This document shows, one piece after another, positions 52,057-61,790 of a DNA stretch of 64,000 bases (position 1 is the first letter of the stretch; every line of letters begins with the position of its first letter). Under the pieces are notes generated by a model that worked only from the letters and a program-made list of their open reading frames with translations, ran no database searches and had not been told where the DNA came from. This DNA comes from Eledone cirrhosa (lineage: Eukaryota): contig OZ024746.1 in NCBI GenBank assembly GCA_964016885.1, positions 41,106,001 through 41,170,000 on the forward strand, given 5' to 3'. A program made the translations under genes and the position numbers.

Positions 52057-52200
52057 CTTACCTAGAGTGTCAGACTTCCCACCAGAATTTCCTATCAATT
52101 AATTCGGACAATAACGAGACCAAACGCTCATACATAACTTCTCCTTTCACATGTATAGAAATATGGCGGTAATGTTTGTAACGAGCTCTATGATTGGCTG
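52057..52200 (-). promoter_or_regulatory. Candidate promoter and non-coding first exon of the TMEM94-like gene
   Basis: Minus-strand donor AG|gtaagc at 52061; YY1-like aatatggcgg (52160-52169); CCAAT box (52192-52198); locally more CpGs and fewer repeats. Confidence 0.35.
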
Positions 52201-52670
52201 GTGTAGCTTTCTTATATTCATGTGATTTTTGTTTGTTTTTGTCTTCTTCTATGGGTGTGAGTGTTATATATATATAGAGAGAGAGTCATTATTATTATTT
52301 TACGTTCGCGTTTTATGAGTCACGGTTGAGACAAGCTGCCGGGTCGAAGAATTACATCTCGTTTGTAAGCTCCATTTTTGGCATGGTTTCTACGGCTGGA
52401 TGTCCTTCCTAACGCCAACGATTTCACGGAGTGTACTTGATACATTTTATCATAATACCAGCACTAGCGTGTTTGTCTTGGATCTCGCAACATTAAAAGG
52501 TACTCGCTTCCCCACAATGCCTCCAGTCATTAAGTACAAGGGGCGTGGAGAGAGAGAGAGAGGATAAGAGCGAGGGTTGCTAAAGTACATTAGGAGAGAA
52601 AGAATGAATTGTAGTGAAGGGGTGAAGAAATAAGAGAAACAGTGTAGGAGTGAGTAATAGAAAAAATACT

Positions 52671-52865
52671 CAGGCCTGCCAACCTCTAAAAACCTAAACG
52701 GGGAGTATCATGAAAAAAAGTGTCCCCAAACTGTGAGATGTGAGGCAAAATTGGGGAAATTTTACATAATGAAAGCTATACCCATTTTCACAAGAGAAGA
52801 CATCTTCACCCACCTCAAAGTGAGTGGGAGCTCACCCCATCTGATGGGGGAAGTTGACAGGTCTG
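52671..52865. mobile_element. Small TIR element (MITE)
   Basis: caggcctgccaac ... gttgacaggtctg; flanks aatact / gatact. Confidence 0.5.
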
Positions 52866-53273
52866 GATACTATAATAGGAGAATGGAATGAGAGGAGTGG
52901 TGTAGAGTGGGGAGTAATGTAAAAGGAGTAGTACTGGAGGGAGAATCGTAGCTACACTTTACTGGAGGGGGGGGGGGGGGGGGAGGGGGGTTATATACTA
53001 ATGAGAAGTGGTCTTCGGCAGAAAGAGTGATTGCTGGCAACATAGAGAGGGTGGAGGTAGAACGTATAGATAGATCTAATGCAATCCTTCATTGATGCCA
53101 TAATGAGGTAAGAAGTAGATTGTGGGCAATGGTGCCACAAATAGATGAGTGTGTGGGTAAGAGTCAGAGTGCGACATAGTCGTTAATTCCATTAGCAGGG
53201 GGGGGGGGTGCATTTCAGGACATTTGGGGTAGGCACTTTAATTCGTAATAATTCTAAGAGTTTTGAAATAAGC

Positions 53274-53612
53274 ATCACCATCATCATCATTTTACGTCCG
53301 CTTTTCCCTGCTTGCAAGGGTGGGACGGGAACTGATTCTGGCTTGTTTTCTACAGCTGGATGCCCTTCCTAACACTAACCTCATTTACAGTGAGTGGTGG
53401 GTGCTTTTATGCCGTGGCACCTCCACGACCACTTTGCAGTGGAATGATAGGGACTCCAGTCCTATCATCTCATTTCTACAGCTGAGTAAACTGGAACAAT
53501 ATGAAATAAAGTGACTTACTCAAGGAAACAACACATCACCCGGTTTGAGAATTGAACTCACAACCTTTCGATTGCAAGCCCAATGCTCTAACCACTAAGC
53601 CATGTTCCTCCA
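53274..53612 (-). mobile_element. CORE-like tRNA SINE with RTE tail
   Basis: Same family as 5874-6206 and 16216-16593. Confidence 0.85.
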
Positions 53613-53649
53613 TGTGTATGTGTGTGTGTATATACATACATACATATAT

Positions 53650-53698
<49 letters not shown>

Positions 53699-53785
53699 AT
53701 GGAAAATTTGAACAGGAACAAAACAGAGAGGCAGTACAACGAATGTTTATTAATTTCACGCTCTTGAGAGGGGTGGTGGTGGGGA

Positions 53786-53817
53786 ACGACGTTTCGGGCA
53801 TAAGCCCTTCTTCAGGT
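53786..53817 (-). ncRNA. Minimal hammerhead motif in a ~220-bp insert between (TA)n runs
   Basis: Minus strand: ac CTGAAGA a gggc-ttat-gccc GAAAC GTC gt. Confidence 0.65.
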
Positions 53818-54454
53818 GAAAAGTGTGTGGGAAGAGAGGTTCAAAGGGTGTGTAGGGAAGTGGTGGAGAGACATATAACGAAAAGGGGTGGGAGGAAACG
53901 GTGCAAATGAAAATAAAAATATATATATATATATATATATACGATATTAACAAATGGAAACTATATTTATAAAACCATATTTATTTCATTATACATATTT
54001 CAAGGACACCAAATTATGGTGTGCTTTCATCAGATAAAATATAATATAGAGCAGTTTTATAAATAAATATTGACACACCCTTAAAGAATGCAACCATTAC
54101 TGTTGGAAGCTCACGGATAGTGGGGTTATAACTTTATTTATACTATTATGTAAATTAGTATTGGATATTTTTAAATAAGCCGTTGGGTTACGGAGAAAGA
54201 GAGAGAGAGAGAAGAACGAGAGAGAGAAAAAAAAAGAGAGAGAAAGGAGAAAGAGAAGAGAGAGCGAAAACTCTAAGTGATAGGTTGTTGAGTTATCTTA
54301 ACATTTGAGATGATGAAAGAATAAATAATATTTATTTTTTATGGATGAATAGAGAGATTCAAATAATCGTGAATGGAAAATACAATTATTTGTTGAGTGC
54401 TTTATATCAGTTATAAAAATATTTGCTTGTTGTATCCCAACAATTTAAATTGAA

Positions 54455-54520
<66 letters not shown>

Positions 54521-54545
54521 ATAAGTAAGGCAATCAAATAAGTAT

Positions 54546-56696
54546 AATAAGTAAGGCAATCAAAGATATGAAGACGGGTAAGGCGGCTGGGCCTTCGGAA
54601 ATAGTTGCTGAGATGCTGAAGGCATCTGGTTCGGTGGGACACACCATGGTCACCCGGATAGTTAACCAAGTCGTACAGAATGGGGTTGTTCCGAAGGAAT
54701 GGCGTAGCAGCATCATCGTTAACTGCTATAAGGGAAAAGGAGATGCCCTAGATAGGAGTAACTATAGAGGCATTAAATTAATCGACCAGGTCATGAAGGT
54801 CACGGAAAAAGTAATAGCGCAACTAATCAGAGAGAGAATTGATCTAGATGAAATGCAGTTCGGGTTTGTGTCAGGCAAAAGTACCACAGACGCTCTTTTC
54901 ATTGTACGACAACTACAGGAGAAGTACCTAGCTAAAAGTAAACCCCTATACTTAGCTTTTGTCGACTTGGAGAAAGCCTTCGACAGAGTCCCCCGTTCCA
55001 TTATCTGGTGGTCTCTTAGAAAACTAGGTGTTGACGAATGGCTTGTGAGAGCTATACAAGCCATGTATAAAGAAACAGTCAGTAAGGTTAGAATTAACAA
55101 CGAATATAGTGAAGAGTTTAGCGTAAAAGTTGGTGTCCATCAGGGCTCTGTACTTAGCCCCCTACTATTTATTATTGCCCTTCAGGCTATAACAGAGGAG
55201 TTCAAGACCGGCTGCCCATGGGAACTCCTATACGCAGATGATCTAACGCTCATAGCTGAATCAATGACCGAACTAGAGAAGAAATTCCAAACGTGGAAGC
55301 ACGGCCTAGAATCAAAAGGCCTTAAAATTAACCTGGCTAAGACTAAAGTTCTAGTTTGTAGGAAAGAAAATAAGGCGGCGGTCCCATCGGGGAAATGGCC
55401 ATGCTCAGTGTGTAGGAAAGGCGTAGGTAGAAACTCCATTTTATGTCCCAAATGCAAAGTATGGGTGCATAAAAGATGTAGTGGGATCACAGGTAAGCTA
55501 ACTAAGAACATAGATTTTACATGTGGCCGGTGCTCTGGTGCAATAAGTAGCAGCAAGTGCCCACAAAATACTAGCTCCTTCAACTGCGCAGAGGGTTCTA
55601 TAGAAATAGTGGACAGCTTCCGTTATCTGGGTGACAAAATCAGCAGTGGGGGAGGGTGCTCTGAAAGTACAGTAGCTAGAGTCAGAACTGGATGGAAAAA
55701 GTTCAGAGAGCTTATACCACTATTAGCCGCTAGAGGGTTCTCCCTAAAAATGAAAGGCAGGTTATACGATGCCTGCATACGAACAGCAATGCTGCATGGC
55801 AGTGAGACCTGGGCATTGTGTGCAGAGGATATACGCAGACTAGAGAGGAACGAAGCTTGCATGCTCCGCTGGATGTGCAATAGTAATATACGTCAACGGC
55901 AAAGCATAAACGAACTAAGGAAAAAATTAGAAATAAGAGGGATCAGATGTTGTTTACTCGAGAGAAGGCTACGTTGGTACGGTCACGTGATGCGCATGAA
56001 AGACGACAGCTGTATAACAAAGTGCAGGGCAATAAAGATAGACGGTAGCCACGGAGTAGGCAGACCCAGAAAAACATGGGACGAGCTGATAAATTCCGAC
56101 CTCACACGCTTACACCTCTCCAAGACAATGTCACTGGACCGAGACCTTTGGCGGTACTCAGTAATAGAGAAGACCCGCCTTACCTAAATACAAAGTAAAA
56201 ACCTACTACAGTCAGTAGGCACCTCTATCAAAACACACCCCCGTCCCACCACCTCCACCCCACCCACACCGCCCCTTTCAATGTAAAGTTATGTTGGTCC
56301 CACAACATCCAGGCCGAAACAAATGAGATCGTGTAGGTGTCACGACAAAAAACACACAGTCCACGCTGTAAATGTGGCCGTGTAGGCAACACGGTAAAAA
56401 CCTCCCAGCCCCACACTGTAAATGTGGTTGGTGTTAGGAAGGGCATCCAGCTGTAGAAAACCCGCCAGACAGTCCACGCTGTAATGTGGCCGTGTAGGCA
56501 ACACGGTAAAAACCTCCCAGCCCCACACTGTAAATGTGGTTGGTGTTAGGAAGGGCATCCAACTGTAGAAAACCCGCCAGACAGTCCTATGCGAGCAAGA
56601 CAACCACTCTTGCCTCAAGTGGGAAAACCCCCGTCCAAACCCATGCAAGCGTGGAACACGGACGCTAAACCTGATGATGATGATGATGATGATGAT
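54546..56696 (+). mobile_element. 5'-truncated RTE-clade LINE inserted in (TA)n
   Basis: RT ORF, 3' UTR with a ~112-bp internal duplication (56357-56586) and (gat)n tail; TA runs on both sides. Confidence 0.92.
54568..56187 (+). CDS. RTE reverse transcriptase (no endonuclease part) with PHD-like insertion
   Basis: GKAAGP, NYRGIKL, FVDLEKAFDRV, GVHQGSVLSP, YADD, FRYLG, RLRWYGHV, GRPRKTW; uninterrupted for 539 aa. Confidence 0.95.
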   Translation: MKTGKAAGPSEIVAEMLKASGSVGHTMVTRIVNQVVQNGVVPKEWRSSIIVNCYKGKGDALDRSNYRGIKLIDQVMKVTEKVIAQLIRERIDLDEMQFGFVSGKSTTDALFIVRQLQEKYLAKSKPLYLAFVDLEKAFDRVPRSIIWWSLRKLGVDEWLVRAIQAMYKETVSKVRINNEYSEEFSVKVGVHQGSVLSPLLFIIALQAITEEFKTGCPWELLYADDLTLIAESMTELEKKFQTWKHGLESKGLKINLAKTKVLVCRKENKAAVPSGKWPCSVCRKGVGRNSILCPKCKVWVHKRCSGITGKLTKNIDFTCGRCSGAISSSKCPQNTSSFNCAEGSIEIVDSFRYLGDKISSGGGCSESTVARVRTGWKKFRELIPLLAARGFSLKMKGRLYDACIRTAMLHGSETWALCAEDIRRLERNEACMLRWMCNSNIRQRQSINELRKKLEIRGIRCCLLERRLRWYGHVMRMKDDSCITKCRAIKIDGSHGVGRPRKTWDELINSDLTRLHLSKTMSLDRDLWRYSVIEKTRLT

Positions 56697-56706
56697 ATAT
56701 ATATAT

Positions 56707-57536
56707 GAAAAAGTAAGTCCTTCATCAGTGACCCTCCAACCGTCCCAGGCATTTCATCGCTTTAAGGGCCATATACCTCAGGTTGGTGCGAACAACGGCT
56801 AAAAAAAGTCGTTGGGACACGTAAAAAAAGGGGACGTTAGGTTGGAGGGTCACTGATGAAGGACTTACTTTTTCATATGTTCCCATTTGCAACGCGCAGC
56901 TCCATTATTATCATATTTACACATATTTTTTCTTCTGCTGCCACCCGTCTGTTTCGTTCTTTGTATCTTTACCCTTTCTAGCAGTCTCTCTCTCTGTTAG
57001 CCTCCTCCTCAACTTTCACTCACTCATTCTCTGTCACTACCTCTCCTCCTCCTCCTCTTTCCTCCTCTTTCTTCCCGCTTGACCTTTCCGATTTCTTTTC
57101 TCGCGCGTTCTTGGCCAAGCCGGTATGAAATTTTTTTTCTCTCTCTCTCTCTCGTCTGCGACTTCACAGAACTTATGTTTACCGAATTCGTAGACCAGAC
57201 CCCTTCTTCTTCCCCCCGTTAGACCTGTGCGAAATTCCTTCCTTGCTCACATTTCAACCAGGTTTGATGGTCTTTTGTCTCTTGTTCACGATTTCACCGA
57301 GTTTATATTCATAGAAATCTGGGACTTGTCTCTTTCTTCTCACTTTCCGTTGCTTAAACCATTTTGTTTGTTCACCCTAACGTCCCCTTTTTTTACGTGT
57401 CCCAACGACTTTTTTTAGCCGTTGTTCGCACCAACCTGAGGTATATGGCCCTTAAAGCGATGAAATGCCTGGGACGGTTGGAGGGTCACTGATGAAGGAC
57501 TTACTTTTTCTTTCATATGTTCCCATTTGCAACGCG
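56707..57536 (+). mobile_element. Penelope-like non-coding element (inverted plus direct terminal repeats)
   Basis: 56707-56841 is inverted relative to 57376-57509; 56840-56896 is a direct repeat of 57476-57536; CT-rich body; repeats contain ctgatgaaggact. Confidence 0.7.
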
Positions 57537-57546
57537 TATATATGTG

Positions 57547-57670
57547 AAGGTGCATGGCTGAGTGGTTAAAGAATTGGATTCACAATCTCGAGGCTGTAAG
57601 TTCGATTCCTGGACCGGGCGATGCGTTATGTCCTTGAGCAAGACACTTTATTTCACGTTGCTCCTTCTAC
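57547..57670 (+). mobile_element. tRNA-derived SINE head plus CORE-like block
   Basis: tggctgagtgg (box A), gttcgattcc (box B), tccttgagcaagacacttt. Confidence 0.75.
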
Positions 57671-57764
57671 CTGGAGTTGCGACCAATAGATAGTACTAGC
57701 AACTGGAAAGACCGACGAAAACATTGTTTCCTCGGTCCAATTTGACGAAAGTCGGTCGATCCTT

Positions 57765-58338
57765 ATATATATATATAAATGTATATATAGTGTATTTTGT
57801 AATACACTGTATGCTTAATTAAAAGCATTTCAAAGACCTTATGCTATTGTTTTAGAGTAGTGACAGTCTCACTTACTTTAAGTTTTCAGCTGTCACTACT
57901 CTAAAACAATAGCATAAGGTCTTCGAAATGCTTTTAATTAAGTATACAGTGTATTGCAAAATACACTATATATACATTCATATATATATCGGTATTTCAG
58001 AGCGCCAATTCTAATTTTCAATTTCTGCTTGACCGGCAACCACTCTGTATAATCAGTTCCTGATTATTACTAGAAATTCTATAAGAATCAAACATTCATG
58101 ATTTTCAGCAAACAGGTGGAGTACATGGCTCTGATAAGTACCAATCAGTACGAAACATAGCTCTGTCAGCTTTATTTCCCCTGTTTGCTGAAAATTTAAA
58201 GTAAGTGAGACTGTCACTACTCTAAAACAATAGCATAAGGTCTTTGAAATACTTTTAATTAAGCATACAGTGTATTGCAAAATACACTATATATACATTC
58301 ATATATATATCGCTATTTCAGAGCGCCAATTCTAATTT
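57765..58338 (+). mobile_element. Penelope/retrozyme-like non-coding element, ~321-bp unit with inverted 5' copy
   Basis: 57770-57890 is inverted relative to 58187-58310; direct repeats at 57890-58017 and 58211-58338; (TA)n flanks. Confidence 0.78.
58101..58195 (+). ncRNA. Type I hammerhead fold with CUGAUAA core
   Basis: ggct CTGATAA gtac-caatca-gtac GAAA ca-tagctc-tg TC agct, closed by the long helix ttttcagcaaacagg / cctgtttgctgaaaa. Confidence 0.75.
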
Positions 58339-58357
58339 ATATATATATATATGTATA

Positions 58358-58456
<99 letters not shown>

Positions 58457-58772
58457 TTATTAAAATAACAGATTAAAGTTTAAGCAAAGAATCGCTGCTT
58501 TCACCCTTAACAGGATCTTCTGAAACTAACAAAGTCAATCTGTAAACGCAGAAGTGGATATTTCAAAAAACGTTGCAACCGGAGGAAGACAGGAAGACGA
58601 TACTTTGGTTCGTGGAAACGTATAGGTTGCCAGTTTTGTCAGAATGGACGTGCACGGCATTAGAATCCTTAATAGAATGAATTCTATTCTTCATACGTTT
58701 CCACGAACCAAAGTATCGTCTTCCTGTTTTCCTCCCGTTGCAACGTTTTTTGAAATATCCACTTCTGCGTTT

Positions 58773-58848
58773 ACAGATTGACTTTGTTAGTTTCAGAAGA
58801 TTCCGTTAAGGGTGAAAGCAGCGATTCATTGCTTAAACTTTAATCTGT
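58773..58848 (+). ncRNA. Type I hammerhead fold with CAGAAGA core (5' pLTR)
   Basis: Same fold 660 nt upstream; stem II variant tcc/ggg still pairs. A third copy lies on the minus strand at 58468-58543. Confidence 0.65.
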
Positions 58849-58993
58849 TATTTTAATAAATATTTGCTCTACGGTTCTTATATATTTGATATATATTTAT
58901 CCTTATCGAGCCCTCTTTGGATTTTAGTCTTCAAATTTATTATTGTTACTATTTGGCTCCCTCGGTTGAGCACTCTACTGACTTATATTCATC

Positions 58994-59413
58994 ATGCAGA
59001 ATCAACATCTGAATATTTCTACAAATAACATATCCGTACCAAGCATGAAAACATATCTAAAACTCCTGATACAGAAAACAGACGCGTTCATTAAAAGGCT
59101 GCGTTGGCGTGCCTTTTATTTCGATAATCCGCGAAAAGCAGACAACAAACAGGATAAATTTGGATTTAAAACCTATAATAACCCCCCGTGTAACCCAGCA
59201 TTGCTACCCTTCGAAAATGATGTCTTGGAACTCATTCGGAGTATCAAATTTCGGATTAGGAGCAATTCCTTCCAGCAAGACCTGAAGAATAGAATTCGTT
59301 CTATTAAGGATTCTAATGCCGTGCACGTCCATTCCGACAGAACTGGCAACCTATACGTTTCCACGAACCAAAGTATCGTCTTCCTGTCTTCCTCCGGTTG
59401 CAACGTTTTTTGA
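58994..59413 (+). CDS. N-terminal fragment of a Penelope-like element protein
   Basis: LIQKTDAFIKRLRWRAFYF, KFGFKT..PP, FENDVLELIRSIKFR and SDRTGNLY (DKG/DKT-type motif) resemble the PLE pre-RT region. Homology ends at about 59353, where the repeat begins. Confidence 0.75.
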   Translation: MQNQHLNISTNNISVPSMKTYLKLLIQKTDAFIKRLRWRAFYFDNPRKADNKQDKFGFKTYNNPPCNPALLPFENDVLELIRSIKFRIRSNSFQQDLKNRIRSIKDSNAVHVHSDRTGNLYVSTNQSIVFLSSSGCNVF

Positions 59414-59432
59414 AATATCCACTTCTGCGTTT

Positions 59433-59508
59433 ACAGATTGACTTTGTTAGTTTCAGAAGATCCTGTTAAGGGTGAAAGCAGTGATTCTTTGCTTAAACTT
59501 TAATCTGT
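59433..59508 (+). ncRNA. Type I hammerhead fold with CAGAAGA core (3' pLTR)
   Basis: agttt CAGAAGA t-cct-gttaa-ggg-t GAAA gca-gtgattctt-tgc TT aaact; distal stem I acagattga / ttaatctgt. Confidence 0.68.
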
Positions 59509-60392
59509 TATTTTAATAAATATTTGCTCTACGGTTCTTATATATTTGATATATATTTATCCTTATCGAGCCCTCTTTGGATTTTAGTCTTCAAATTTAT
59601 TATTATTACTATATATATATATATATATATATATATTCATTTGTTAAGCAAAACAAAACCACAAATTTCACAAGGAAGACATTATTAAAAGATTGTCAAC
59701 ATAGTTTTAGTTTAATGTATGGAATGTAAATAATAATACTAATAATTGTTTCTACTTTTGGCACAAAGCCAGCAATTACCCAGTGTATTACTGGTACTTT
59801 ATTTTGTCGACCCCGTAAGGATGAAAGGCAAAGTTAACCTTGGCGGGATTTGAACTCAGAATGGCAAGGGCCGTAACTCTATGCATCAAAGCATGGCATC
59901 CGACCTTCTACTGATACTGCCAATCCCCTAATGTCTGTTTACAATTGTTTCGCTACTCCATATAATGTTTCTGGATCAAATGATTATAGATCATTATTGA
60001 TCTGGATTGGCAGAATTGGTGGAGGGTTGGACATGCTTTCCAGCATAGTTACGTCCCTTTACGATCTGAGTTCAAATCCCGCCAAGGTTAACTTTGCCTT
60101 TCATCCTTACGAGGTCGATAAAATAAAGTACCAGTAATGTACTGGGTAATTGCTGGCCTTGTGCCAAAAGTAGAAACAATTATTGATCTGGTTCAGTTGA
60201 AGATAATTAACTTAGGTAAAATTGGAGCAGTTCGTCGGAACTTCAAAAGGAATATAAATTAAGGTAAAAAAGATGGTTACATGAATGTAATGTTCCATAT
60301 ATTGGTATTTCATTATTGTCTGCCATTGTACATTGAGCACATGCCTTTACGCTTTGGCTTCTAACTAATTCACCAATCTCTCTTCTCCTCTC

Positions 60393-60424
<32 letters not shown>

Positions 60425-60699
60425 GAATACATATATATATATATATATGAAATGAATACATATACATATATATATATGAATACATATATATGAATACATA
60501 CATATATATATATATACATACCTATATATATAGATATATATATATATGAATACATATACATATATATATGTGAATACATATATAGATACCAGAAATCTGA
60601 AAGTGTACCATTGAGAAGTAAGGTGAAGGTGCCATTGAGTGTACAACCCCCACCCCACCTTTAGCAAAGGGCCTACCTCCCAGACTACCACTATATCAA

Positions 60700-61790
60700 C
60701 ATTTATTTCACCAATTATCATGGTCCTTCATCATCTCTATTGTTAGGTTTAGCTTCTTGAGATGGGTTTTCACTACTTCATCCTGTTCGATTAGGGTTTC
60801 CTCTACCACAGGTTTCTTCTACTTTAAGTGTTCAGTACTTCTTTGTGCAGCTGTCAGTCTCTATATTTATCACATGTCTACACTATTGTAATCTCTCTTG
60901 ATCATGATATCTGATTCCTCTTATACTCAGTTTTTCTCAAAGCACATTTGTATTTCTTTGTCAAACATGCTAACATTACAACATCTACTGGAACATGCTC
61001 ACTTTTTTTCTAAGCTTTGCAAATCCTCTGCATTCAAGACCCATGTCTCACTACCCTGCAGCATCATGGTTTATATACAAGCATCACATAATCTACTCTT
61101 CATTCTGAGAAAGAAACTCTTTGTTTCCAGCAGAAGAAATATTTTCTTAAATTTTCGTTCTTACTCTAGCTATTCTACTTTTAGAACACCGACCTTCAAC
61201 GCAGATTAGGTCACCTAGTTAACAAAAGTTGTCAACTACTAGAGAGTTGTCTGAGCATATGAGTGACTCTATTTCTCTTAGTGTCTATTACTCCTATGTA
61301 TCTGCTCTATATGAAGTCTATATTCTTCATTAGTCTGCCTATGATCCTACTACATCTCTTGTACATAAATAATTTACATTAGGTACTCAGTATGGAATTC
61401 CTCCCTGCTCCTTTTCTGCATACTGAACAAGGCTATTTCTCCGATAGTTTCAGGGATCCATTTTTTTTTCCTATTTACTAAAACTTTAAATTTTGCTAAG
61501 CTTACTTTGAGGCCATTCCATTCCAGGTTTTGCTTTTGTGCCTGGAATTTCATCTCTAACACTTCTACAGATTCAGTTTTAAGGACTAGGTCATCAGCAT
61601 ATAGGAGTTCCCTTGGACAGTTAATCTTAAACTCATTTGTTATGGCTTAGAAAATAATGATAAAAAGAAGAGTGCTGACAACAGAGTCCTGATGGACTTT
61701 TACCTGCAAGCTAAATTTGTTGCTGTACTCATTGCTAATCCTCAACTTGCTGATTGCACCTCTGTACATGACTCCCCCTCTACCAACTTC
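60700..61790 (-). pseudogene. Degraded RTE LINE related to 54568-56187
   Basis: Minus-strand remnants ELLYADDLVL, PCSVCRKGAGRNSIL and MLQGSETW, with many stops. Confidence 0.8.

Larger units (their letters stand above)
58454..59612 (+). mobile_element. Internally deleted Penelope-like retroelement: inverted 5' segment, pLTR, short ORF, pLTR
   Basis: 58454-58693 is inverted relative to about 59282-59522; direct repeats 58694-58952 and 59354-59612 (660-bp period); (TA)n on both sides. Confidence 0.88.

Noticed and set aside
57434-57482. ccaac CTGAGGT...GAAA...gttgg as a hammerhead
   Set aside because: Stem I is present, but position 9 is not A, stem II is poor and there is no NUH site.
57705-57760. 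gaccgac/gtcggtc hairpin with gaaa motifs
   Set aside because: Could not be folded into a known ribozyme; single short stem.
57905-57952. Extra hammerhead at cgaaatgcttttaattaagtatacagtg
   Set aside because: A stem III-like hairpin is present, but there is no upstream CUGANGA-like core with a matching stem I.
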